DNA of 64,000 nt, from NCBI GenBank assembly GCA_903845115.1, contig CAIMWE010000123.1, forward strand, positions 1,345 to 65,344. Direction: 5' to 3'. The notes below the pieces were generated by a model. The model searched no databases. It was not told where the DNA came from and saw only the letters and a program-made list of their open reading frames with translations. The position numbers and the translations under genes are program-made. This document shows, in pieces, positions 10,698-18,914 of this stretch; position 1 is the stretch's first letter, and every line of letters begins with the position of its first letter. The DNA comes from an uncultured Acidobacteriota bacterium. Lineage in GTDB: Bacteria > Acidobacteriota > Thermoanaerobaculia > UBA5066.

Positions 10698-11699
10698 ATG
10701 AGCCGACCCCTGACCGTTGCCGTCGCGCTGAAGCTGACCCGCCCCTTCACGCTTCTTCCACCCCTGTTCGGGATCCTGTCCGGGGCGATCTGCGCCTTCG
10801 GGAGCGCCCACAACCCGGATCCGGCCAGGGCGGTGACGGCGTCGGTCGTCCTCGTCGTCGCCCTCGGGTCGCTCTGCGCCTCTCTGCTCAACGCCGCTTC
10901 CAACGTCCTGAACCAGATCACCGACCTGGAGCTCGACCGGATCAACAAGCCAGACCGGCCCCTCTGCACCGGCGAGGCGTCCCCGGGTTCGGCCTGGGCG
11001 CTGACGGGGGTCCTCTACGGCCTGGCCTTCCTGCCGACGTGGTGGATCGTGGTGCCCCCCGTCGACGGCTGGCTCGCCCGGGCCCTGGCGCCCCTCGGGA
11101 CCCACGAATGCTTCCTCCTCTTCGGAGGCGGCTTTCTCGCAACCCTCGTCTACTCGCTCCCGGAGCTCGGGCGGACGAAGCGCTTCGGGATGTGGGCGAA
11201 CGTCACGATCGCCATCCCTCGCGGCTGCCTCCTGAAGGTGGCCGGCTGGACGATGGTCGCCTCGTCGCGGACCCTCGAGCCGTGGGTGATCGGGTCGATC
11301 TTCGGCCTCTTCCTCCTCGGAGCCGCCACGACGAAGGACTTCTCGGACGTCGAGGGGGACCGCGCCGGCGGCTGCCGGACCCTGCCGATCCTCCACGGGA
11401 ACCGGAAGGCGGTCCGGATCATCTCCCCCTTCTTCGTCCTGCCGTGGCTCTGCCTCGTCGTCCTGGCGTTCGTCCCCGATCCGTTCGCGCCGGTTCCGGG
11501 CGCCAGGCTGCTGACCGGCAATTCGACCCTTCTCGTCCTGCTCGGGACCGTCCTCGCGGCGTGGGGCGCCTACACGGTCCGCCTCCTCTCGAGGAACCCC
11601 GAGGAGCTCTCGACGACCGAGAACCACCCGTCGTGGACCCACATGTACCTGATGATGATGGCGGCGCAGGTCGGGTTCGCGGTCGCGTACGTCTTCTGA
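10698..11699 (+). CDS. UbiA-family aromatic/glyceryl prenyltransferase (DGGGPS/ChlG-like subfamily)
   Basis: NQITDLELDRINKPDRPL (first Asp-rich motif, DRINKPxRP type) and KDFSDVEGDRAGGCRTLPI (second motif). 8-9 predicted TM helices. Confidence 0.8.
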   Translation: MSRPLTVAVALKLTRPFTLLPPLFGILSGAICAFGSAHNPDPARAVTASVVLVVALGSLCASLLNAASNVLNQITDLELDRINKPDRPLCTGEASPGSAWALTGVLYGLAFLPTWWIVVPPVDGWLARALAPLGTHECFLLFGGGFLATLVYSLPELGRTKRFGMWANVTIAIPRGCLLKVAGWTMVASSRTLEPWVIGSIFGLFLLGAATTKDFSDVEGDRAGGCRTLPILHGNRKAVRIISPFFVLPWLCLVVLAFVPDPFAPVPGARLLTGNSTLLVLLGTVLAAWGAYTVRLLSRNPEELSTTENHPSWTHMYLMMMAAQVGFAVAYVF

Positions 11700-11766
11700 C
11701 GCCGCGCTCCCTGGCCCGGGCCCCGGGTCACTCCGCGGGCGGGAATCAGATACGATCGGCCCGATG

Positions 11767-13780
11767 GTGCGTCCTGAAGTGAAAGCGCGAGGATTGGGTG
11801 GAAAGGGGAATCGCGTTGGAGCGAGCTGTACGTCTACAGCGGGTGAAAGTCCCGTCCAGAAAGCGCCGGAGCATCTGGTAGTCGGCCCCAGGCAGCGGGA
11901 GAGATCCCGATGACCCGAGCGGGGCGCCGAAAGCCTCCGAACAGGAGGGAGCGACGACGCGGGCTGCAACATGAAGTGAAGCCTGCCGCCTCGACAGATT
12001 TACAGCGAGGGAGCCGAGCCGAGCATTTCACGGCGAAGGCCATGCGCAGGGCGCAGGGGACCGGAAGAGAAAGCGCCGTGGGTTCCTCCGGGGTATGGGG
12101 CGCGGCACGTGTCGAAGGAGACGTACGGAACAGGAGAGACCCGTCTGCGCGGCCCGAGTCAGGGCAAAGTGGGCCGTATAAGCCGAAGGTGAAGTCGGCC
12201 GCTGCGCAGCGGGAGTCCGAGGGGATCGAAGTACCGAAGAAGGCGGCGACGAATAACGCTGCCAGAGGGAAGGGTCCCTGCGGTGGTCAAGCCGGAAAAG
12301 CAGGTAAGCGCGAGGGCATGTCCGGGACAGCCCGGACCAACGACCCCGATGAGCACAAGCCGATCGAGAAAGTGCGACGACTGCGGATCCGGCTGTGGAG
12401 GGCTGCCAAGCGGCAGCCGGAGCGGCGATTCCATGCCCTATATGACCGTATCCACAGGAGTGACGTTCTGTGGGAGGCGTGGAGACGAGTACGGAGCAAG
12501 AAAGGATGTGCGGGCGTCGACGCCGAGACGCTCGTACAGATCGAGCAGCGCGGGGTCGAAGGCTTCCTCGAGGAGCTTCGGACCGAGCTGCGCGTAGGCG
12601 AGTACCTGCCGAAGGCGGTTCTGCGGCGGTACGTGGACAAGGCCGATGGAAGGAAGCGGCCGCTTGGGATACCTGCGGTGAGGGACAGGGTCGTCCAGAT
12701 GGCGGCGACGCTGATACTGGAGCCGATCTTCGAGGCGGACTTCGAGGACGACTCGTATGGATTTCGGCCGAAGCGCAGCGGGACGGATGCGCTGGAGGCT
12801 CTGCGCAAGCGAGCGTATGCGGGCGGGGGCAGCCACGTATTTGATGCCGACATCCGGGACTACTTCGGGAGTCTCGACCGGGAGCTACTCCTCTCGTTTG
12901 TGGGAGAGCGGATCTCGGACCGACGGGTACTCAAGCTGATCCGGCTCTGGCTGGAGGCCGGGGTGATGGAAGATGGAGAGGTGACCGAGCCGAAGCTCGG
13001 GACGCCGCAAGGGGGCGTCATCTCACCGCTCTTGTCGAACATCTATCTCGACCGGCTCGACACGGTATGGGAACGGCGGCACCGGGACCTGGGGCTGCTG
13101 GTTCGTTATGCTGACGACTTTGTCGTGATGTGTGACACGGCGGAGGAGTGCGCGCGAGCGGCGCGGGAGATCGGGACGATCCTCCGCGAGCTGAAGCTGG
13201 AGCTGCACCCGGAAAAGACGAGGCAGGTCGACCTGACCGATGGCAAGGGCGGGTTCGACTTCCTCGGCTGCCATCTGCGGAAGAAAGTGTCGGGCCGCTT
13301 GCTGGAGAAAGGGGTACGGAGGTACTACCTGAGCCGGTGGCCCTCGGCGCGGAGCATGAAGCGGGTGAGACAGCGCGTGAAGGACGAAACCGACAGCAGA
13401 AAGAACGGCGTGAAAGACGTGAGAAAGCCAATCGAACGTCTGAATCCGATCCTTCGTGGCTGGGGGGCGTACTTCCGTACCGGGAATGCTGCTCAGAAGC
13501 TCAACCAGCTCGACGGCTACGTCTGGAGACGACTCCACCGCTTCAAGGTGAGGCGGAAAGGGCGAAACCTCCGGGCGGGTGAGGCCAGGGCTTGGTCGAG
13601 GGACTTCTTCTCGGGCCATGGACTCCACCGTCTGCGCGGCACTGTCCGCTATCCGGAGACTGCGTAATGCGACCCTTCGAGAGACCACCGGTAAGCCGTG
13701 TGCGGGAAAACCGCAAGCACGGTTTGAAAGGGGGTCTTGTGACTTCAGGAGCGGCCTTGCCGCGAAAGAATTGAACAGGA
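11767..13780 (+). mobile_element. Bacterial group II intron, intergenic, about 2.0 kb; the 3' boundary is approximate
   Basis: A GUGCG consensus 5' end at about 11767. A domain V-like 34-nt hairpin AAGCCGUGUGCGGGAAAACCGCAAGCACGGUUUG at about 13693-13726, followed by about 50 nt of domain VI-like sequence. An RT/maturase ORF sits inside (domain IV). Confidence 0.75.
12318..13667 (+). CDS. Group II intron-encoded reverse transcriptase/maturase (no endonuclease domain)
   Basis: RT blocks: RPLGIPAVRDRVVQ, FGFRPKRS, LGTPQGGVISPLLSNIYL, the YADDFVV catalytic motif and maturase domain X (RGWGAYFRTG). It ends without an HNH/En domain. Start taken at MSGTARTND... Confidence 0.85.
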   Translation: MSGTARTNDPDEHKPIEKVRRLRIRLWRAAKRQPERRFHALYDRIHRSDVLWEAWRRVRSKKGCAGVDAETLVQIEQRGVEGFLEELRTELRVGEYLPKAVLRRYVDKADGRKRPLGIPAVRDRVVQMAATLILEPIFEADFEDDSYGFRPKRSGTDALEALRKRAYAGGGSHVFDADIRDYFGSLDRELLLSFVGERISDRRVLKLIRLWLEAGVMEDGEVTEPKLGTPQGGVISPLLSNIYLDRLDTVWERRHRDLGLLVRYADDFVVMCDTAEECARAAREIGTILRELKLELHPEKTRQVDLTDGKGGFDFLGCHLRKKVSGRLLEKGVRRYYLSRWPSARSMKRVRQRVKDETDSRKNGVKDVRKPIERLNPILRGWGAYFRTGNAAQKLNQLDGYVWRRLHRFKVRRKGRNLRAGEARAWSRDFFSGHGLHRLRGTVRYPETA

Positions 13781-13787
13781 TCTACCA

Positions 13788-14333
13788 ATGAACCCCGATG
13801 AGATGGCGGCCCGCCCGACTCTGGACTTCCCGCCGCTCTCCGTGCGATGGGAGGGGCTGGTCGTCGTCCTGGACGCGACGACGCTCAACACCGTCGTCCG
13901 GAAGGCGCTCGCGAAGGTGCCCGAGATCCGGAAATTCCTGATCGAGCCGGAGTACGGCCGCCTCGGCGTGACCATGACGGTGAAGAAGAGAGGCGTGCCG
14001 GTCCCGCTCCGGTCTCACTTCACGTCGATCCGGCTGAAGGACGGCTTCCTCGGCTTTCACGTCGACGACCTGGTCGCGTTCGGCTTCGTCCCGATCCCCA
14101 ACTGGCTCCTCCGGCGGATCGCGCTCCGGCTGCCGTACCGCTCGGTCTTCTTCTACCCGGACGTGCGGGTGGTCGTGATCGACCTCAACGCCTTCCTCCC
14201 CGAGGACCTGATCGTGAACGTCCGCGACGTCCTCTGCGAGAACGGCGAGATGCGGTTCGTCTTCGGCCCCAGCCAGTACCGTCTCGACACGCTGGTCGAC
14301 GGGATCGGCAAGGACCCGTTCGCGGAGGAGTGA
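13788..14333 (+). CDS. Hypothetical protein (181 aa), no recognisable motif
   Basis: Clean ORF immediately downstream of the intron 3' end, with codon usage matching its neighbours. Confidence 0.45.
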   Translation: MNPDEMAARPTLDFPPLSVRWEGLVVVLDATTLNTVVRKALAKVPEIRKFLIEPEYGRLGVTMTVKKRGVPVPLRSHFTSIRLKDGFLGFHVDDLVAFGFVPIPNWLLRRIALRLPYRSVFFYPDVRVVVIDLNAFLPEDLIVNVRDVLCENGEMRFVFGPSQYRLDTLVDGIGKDPFAEE

Positions 14334-14378
14334 CCGCGGCTTCTGGCGCCCCGCCCGGCAAGGGCGCCTGCCCCGCTC

Positions 14379-15530
14379 CTACCGTCCCAGCCTTCGTGCC
14401 AGCACGCTGACCCCTCGCGCCACGACGTCGGGCGGGCAGGCGGTGTAGCAGATCCGGAAGTGCGTCGGGAACGGGCCGAAGCTCGGCCCGGGGGCCGCGA
14501 AGAGGCCGTCCTCGGCGCACCCTTCGAGGAAGGCCGCCAGGCCGCCCGGCCCTAGGCGCTCCGCGACGTCGAGGAAGAGGAAGGTGCTCCCCTGGGGGGG
14601 CGGGACGCCGAGCGCGTGCGCCGACGCCGTCCCGACCCGCCGGTACTCCTCGCGGGAGGCGCGCGCCCATTCGTCGCCCGCCCCTTCGAGGGCCCGGACG
14701 GCGGCCCACTGGGAGGCGGTGGGGGCGCTGTAGGTGGAGTGGGTGTGGAGCTTCAGCGCCTCCGCCATCGCAGCCCTCGGTCCGACGTCGAAGCCGACCC
14801 GCTGACCCGCCATTCCGTACGCCTTCGAGAAGGAGTGGAGCGAGAAGGAGCGCTCGGGAGCCAGCGGGAAGCCGTAGGTGTGGGTCCCTTCGAACTGCGT
14901 CTCCTCGTAGACCTCGTCGAAGAAGAGCCAGAGGTCTCTCCTCCGCGCCCAGGCGACGAGCGCCTCCAGCCAGGCCCGCGGCAGGACGCGCCCGGTCGGG
15001 TTGCTCGGCGTGTTGACGTAGAGGGCGGCGGTCTTCGCGGTCGCCTTCGCCTCGACGGCGGCGACCGCCTCCTCCGCCGACCCGGCCGAGAGGAGGACCG
15101 GGACGGGCACCGGCGTTGCCCCGAACATCCGCGTGATGCCGTCGATGAGCGGCCAGTGCGGCGCCAGGATCAGCACCTCGTCGCCCGGTCCGACGACCGC
15201 CCCGACCGCCGCCATGAGGCCGGCCGTGGCCCCGCCGCTGACGAGGACGTTCTCCCGCTCGACCGGGGCCCCGGTCCGCACCCGCATCCGCTCGACGACC
15301 AGGTCGACGAGGCGGGGGAGGCCCTGCGGTGGCGTGTACTGGTTCAGCCCCGCGTGGTCGGACGCGAGGATCCCGTCGGTGCCGCACCCCTCGGGCGGAC
15401 TCTTCCAGGTGTCTCCGACGTGGAAGGGGTAGACCTCCCCCTGGTGCGTCTTCAGCTTGTGAAGGAGCTTCGAGTAGACCGATCCCTTGATTCCGGCGAC
15501 CGAGTCCGAGACCTGCGGAGCTTTCGGCAT
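14379..15530 (-). CDS. PLP-dependent aminotransferase, class I/II (aspartate aminotransferase family)
   Basis: 383 aa with the SFSKAYGMAGQRVGF PLP-lysine motif and an N-terminal ...NQYTPPQGLP... region. Confidence 0.85.
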   Translation of the reverse strand: MPKAPQVSDSVAGIKGSVYSKLLHKLKTHQGEVYPFHVGDTWKSPPEGCGTDGILASDHAGLNQYTPPQGLPRLVDLVVERMRVRTGAPVERENVLVSGGATAGLMAAVGAVVGPGDEVLILAPHWPLIDGITRMFGATPVPVPVLLSAGSAEEAVAAVEAKATAKTAALYVNTPSNPTGRVLPRAWLEALVAWARRRDLWLFFDEVYEETQFEGTHTYGFPLAPERSFSLHSFSKAYGMAGQRVGFDVGPRAAMAEALKLHTHSTYSAPTASQWAAVRALEGAGDEWARASREEYRRVGTASAHALGVPPPQGSTFLFLDVAERLGPGGLAAFLEGCAEDGLFAAPGPSFGPFPTHFRICYTACPPDVVARGVSVLARRLGR

Positions 15531-15999
15531 CCTTCGATCCTATTCCGTTTGGGACACCGAGCAGGAGCACGGCCGAAAGGGACCGGCCCACAGAGTTCGC
15601 GTGCGGCGCTCGTCCTGGCGAACCGCCGCGAAGGTGCGTCGCGAAGATCCTGCGCGCGAGCCACCCGTTAGCGGCCCCGTGCTCGCGGAGTCGGGGCGCT
15701 CGCGAACTCGGCCTTCGGCCTCAAACAGCGCGAGCGCCTGACCCGACTTCACTCCGCGCGAGGCCGAACGGGTGCCCGGCACGTGCTCGAAGACCGTTCG
15801 CGACGCACCCTCGCGGCGCTACGCGCCGCACCAGAGAGGCTGCAGCGGATCAGGGGAGACCGGACGCCGCCGGCCTCCCCTGCGGCCCTTCGGGCCTACC
15901 CCTCCATTGTCGTGAGCGGGCAGCGCCAGGATCCCTGGGGTGTGGAAGCTCGGGGCGGTCTCCTTCTCTGGGGCGCGGAGAGGTAGGCCGTGAGGCCGC

Positions 16000-16152
16000 A
16001 GGGGCACCCGGCCCGGGTGCCCCTGATCAATATTGACCGCCCTCGGCGAGGCGCGAAGCGTCCTCGCCCTCGGCGAGGCGCGAAGCGTCCTCGCCCTCGG
16101 CGAGGCGCGAAGCGAGTCGCCCTCGGCGAGGCGCGAAGCGTCCTCGTCTCGC
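16000..16152. repeat. Structured repeat element, copy A: 10-bp-stem hairpin, then CTGATCAATATTG, then four 26-27-nt tandem units (GCCCTCGGCGAGGCGCGAAGCGTCCTC)
   Basis: Seen directly in the sequence. Second copy at 43510-43630 with the same architecture. Confidence 0.8.
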
Positions 16153-16153
16153 G

Positions 16154-16738
16154 TCAGTCGATCCACACCTCCACCTTCCCGTCGTGGCTCTGGATCTCCA
16201 GGAGGTTCCCTGCCTGCGAGTCGGTCAGCTCCCCGAGGAGGGCGTCGACGTCCAGCGGCCTGTCCCGGTCGGCGAGGCGGGAGAGGAAGACGGACGGGAT
16301 CGTGAGGGTCGCCGTGTCGTCGCTCCCTTCCTCGGAGCCGGGGCGGCCCACCGTGATCCGGACGGACGCCTTGTCCTTCACGAAGGTCCACCTGTCGTCG
16401 TCGAAGGTCCGGGTCACCTCGGTGCAGTCGGGCTTCTCGGACAGCTCCTTCCAGAGGCTCCGGACCTGCTCGGCCTCGATCGACTGGTCGAACCGGCTCT
16501 CCAGCTCCTGCCGGACGCGGGCGCCGGTGGCCTTGAGCCCGTGGCGGACGAGGCCGAAGGGGACCGAGAAGGAGATCTTGTCGGGGTGGACCGTCCCGTG
16601 CCCGACGTCGCTGATCTCCATCCGGAGGAAGCGGGGGGCGCTCTTGCCGTGGGCGTGGCCCGGCACCGTGAAGGCGTAGACCAGCAGGAAGACCAGGAAG
16701 CAGAAGACCGCATTGACGACCGACCGGAGCTCCTTCAT
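16154..16738 (-). CDS. Hypothetical exported/membrane-anchored protein (194 aa)
   Basis: Internal Met start MKELRSVVNAVFCFLVFLLVYAFTVPGHA (signal/TM), then a charged soluble domain. No recognised family. Confidence 0.45.
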   Translation of the reverse strand: MKELRSVVNAVFCFLVFLLVYAFTVPGHAHGKSAPRFLRMEISDVGHGTVHPDKISFSVPFGLVRHGLKATGARVRQELESRFDQSIEAEQVRSLWKELSEKPDCTEVTRTFDDDRWTFVKDKASVRITVGRPGSEEGSDDTATLTIPSVFLSRLADRDRPLDVDALLGELTDSQAGNLLEIQSHDGKVEVWID

Positions 16739-16850
16739 GGCTCCTCCTTGTCGGAAGAAACGGGACGGGGCGGAAAAGGTTCCGGCGGAATGGAGACCGG
16801 ACGGCCCGGGCGAGTGGACCCGGTCCCCGATCCGGGGGATCCTAGCGGCC

Positions 16851-17108
16851 ATGCTCTCTCTCCAGGAGCTAGGGATCGTCTTCCTCGGCGGCCTCCTCGG
16901 CTCGACGCACTGCATCGGGATGTGCGGTCCGTACGTCCTGATGTGCCTCGCCGCCCCCGGCTTGGGCGGAGCGCCCCGCCCCCTGGCCTTCGCCCTCTTC
17001 ACCGGAGCGCGCCTGTCGGTCTACGCAGGGCTGGGGGCCCTGGCCGGCCAGGCGGGAGGGTCGATCGCCGGGAGCGCCGGCACGGCGGCGGCCTGGGTTC
17101 CGTCGTAG
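16851..17108 (+). CDS. DsbD_2/CcdA-like thiol-disulfide transfer membrane protein (HCxGMCGP motif), apparently truncated or frameshifted
   Basis: MLSLQELGIVFLGGLLGSTHCIGMCGPYVLMCL...ALFTGARLSVYAGLGALAG matches the PF13386-type TM1 and HCxGMCGP signature. The ORF stops after about 85 aa, and TM-like sequence continues in other frames up to about 17331. Confidence 0.45.
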   Translation: MLSLQELGIVFLGGLLGSTHCIGMCGPYVLMCLAAPGLGGAPRPLAFALFTGARLSVYAGLGALAGQAGGSIAGSAGTAAAWVPS

Positions 17109-17349
17109 CGGGAGGTGTCGCCTTCCTGCTCGGCCTGTCGCTCCTCGGCATCGTGCCGGACCTCTCGGCCCTCCTCTCGCGGGCCGGCCTGGACCGGGTC
17201 GTGCGGGGGGGATGGCCGGCGCGCGGCGGCTCGACGGTCCCTCCTCGCCGCTGCCGGCCCCCTTCCGGAAGCTCCTCCTGGTCCTGCGGGGGCTGGCGGA
17301 CCTGAGGCTCCTGCCCCACGGTCCCGCCTGGTAGGGCGCCGTTCCTTTC

Positions 17350-17964
17350 CTAGCCCTGGCCCTTGACGATCGCGCGGAGCTCCGCGAGCCTCTTGCGGGT
17401 CGCGGCCCGGCCCCACTCCACGGGGCCGATGAAGGCCTCGATCACCTTTCCAGAGGGGTCCAGGAACCAGGTCTCGGGGAACATCTCGGTCCCGAACTTC
17501 TTCGCCGTCGCGCGCTCCGGGTCGAGGGCGACCGGGAGCCCCGTGGCTTTCGTCTTCGCGAGGAAGTCGTCCACGGTCTTCCAGTCGGTGTCGACGGAGA
17601 CCGCGAGGACCTCGATCGCCGGGTCGTCCTTCACCGACCGGGCGTACTCGAGAAGGCCGGGGAGCTCCTCCACGCAGGGGGGGCACCAGGTGGCCCAGAA
17701 GTGGACGACCAGGAGCTTGCCGGGAGCCCGGGCCAGGTCGCGCGTCTTGCCGTCGCGGAGGGTGACGGGGCGCGGGCCGGGCGGGACGGGGGCCGGCGCG
17801 GCCCCGGGTCTCTCCGCGGAAGGGGGCGGGGCCGACGGGCCGGGCGGGACGGGCCGCGGCACCATCGACTCGGGCTTCAGGCTGTCGCGCAGCCACCAGG
17901 AGGCGGCGGCGCCGGCCGCGACGACCGCCGCGAGCAGGACGAGACGCGATCTCGGGATCAGCAT
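17350..17964 (-). CDS. TlpA/ResA-like periplasmic thiol:disulfide oxidoreductase (thioredoxin fold)
   Basis: WATWCPPC active site and an N-terminal TM/signal (MLIPRSRLVLLAAVVAAGAAASWW). Confidence 0.8.
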   Translation of the reverse strand: MLIPRSRLVLLAAVVAAGAAASWWLRDSLKPESMVPRPVPPGPSAPPPSAERPGAAPAPVPPGPRPVTLRDGKTRDLARAPGKLLVVHFWATWCPPCVEELPGLLEYARSVKDDPAIEVLAVSVDTDWKTVDDFLAKTKATGLPVALDPERATAKKFGTEMFPETWFLDPSGKVIEAFIGPVEWGRAATRKRLAELRAIVKGQG

Positions 17965-18842
17965 GGCCCGGACATTACCGTAGCTTTCGACATCCGGCAG
18001 ATCGGGCTGACGGCGCACCGCTCGCAGTGGGAGCGGCGGATCTCGCGGACGCACTCCGTCAGGATCCCGAGCCGCGAGAGGGCCCAGTCGAACGAGACCG
18101 GGTCGCCGGGATCGACGCGCCGGAGGAGGGCCGTCGCCTCGCGGGACGCGGCCAGGTCGGCCGTGGGGCGGCGCGTCAGGCCCAGGTACCGGGAGATCCG
18201 GTGGACGTGGGTGTCCATCGGGAGGAGCAGCCTGGCCGGGGAGAGGGCGCCGCCCTTCCAGAGGCCGAGGTCGGGAGGGGCGCTCCGGACCATCCAGCGG
18301 AGGAAGAGGTGGGCCCGCTTGCAGGCTCCTCCCTCCTCGGGCCGCGGCAGGAGGAACCGAAGCCCGCGCGAAGGGGCGCGATCGCCGCTCCGCTCGCGGA
18401 GCGCGGCGAGGAAACGGCCGAGGGGCGCCACGAGGTCGTCCCCGCCGTCGTCCCCCTCGAGGAAGAGCGCTTCGAGGGAGCCGAACTCACGCCGCGCCGC
18501 GGAGAGGGCCCGGAGGAGCGAGTGGAGGTCGTCCTCGCCGACCCAGCGGTGGACGATTCCCTCGAGGCCCCGGATCGGCGAGCCGTCCCAGCGTTCGAGG
18601 AACCGGGCCGGCTCCGGCCCCAGCGGGGGAAGGATGCGGGAGAGCGTCGCCCGGATCGACGCGACGCGCCCGAATGCGAACGACGCGGCGAGGAACGCCG
18701 CCACCTCGCGGTCGGCGGCCGCGGGGTAACGGTGGGCGAACTCCAGCGGGTCGGACGCGAGGGGCGCCGCGATCCACTCCTCGCGGAGCCGCCGGAGATG
18801 CTCGCCGAGGAGCGGGACGTTCGGGGAGGGGGGACGTGGCAC
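17958..18842 (-). CDS. TIGR02757/DUF2400-family protein
   Basis: The C-terminal 294 aa of the long minus-strand ORF. Conserved MDTHVHRISRYLGL and C-terminal Cys cluster (CERCAVSPICR). GTG start proposed. Confidence 0.55.
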   Translation of the reverse strand: MPRPPSPNVPLLGEHLRRLREEWIAAPLASDPLEFAHRYPAAADREVAAFLAASFAFGRVASIRATLSRILPPLGPEPARFLERWDGSPIRGLEGIVHRWVGEDDLHSLLRALSAARREFGSLEALFLEGDDGGDDLVAPLGRFLAALRERSGDRAPSRGLRFLLPRPEEGGACKRAHLFLRWMVRSAPPDLGLWKGGALSPARLLLPMDTHVHRISRYLGLTRRPTADLAASREATALLRRVDPGDPVSFDWALSRLGILTECVREIRRSHCERCAVSPICRMSKATVMSGPC

Positions 18843-18914
18843 ACGGACCTCGGTCTCCAGCCTACTCCCCGCGGCGCGCGGCCCCGCCCGCGCGGCCTCC
18901 GCCGGGCTGCTACG

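Noticed and set aside
11700-11766. Possible intrinsic terminator upstream of the intron insertion site (a class-C-type target)
   Set aside because: Only short GC palindromes (GCCCGGGC, CCCCGGG) without a convincing stem-loop plus U-tract. The insertion-site logic is left unresolved.
8916-11972. 1018-aa minus-strand ORF
   Set aside because: Antisense to the rfbD, DUF92-fusion and UbiA genes. The RG-rich composition is a GC-skew artifact.
16038-16144. Tandem direct repeats considered as a possible CRISPR array
   Set aside because: The units are contiguous (period 26-27 nt) with no intervening unique spacers and no cas genes nearby. They are better explained as a tandem-repeat, REP-like element.
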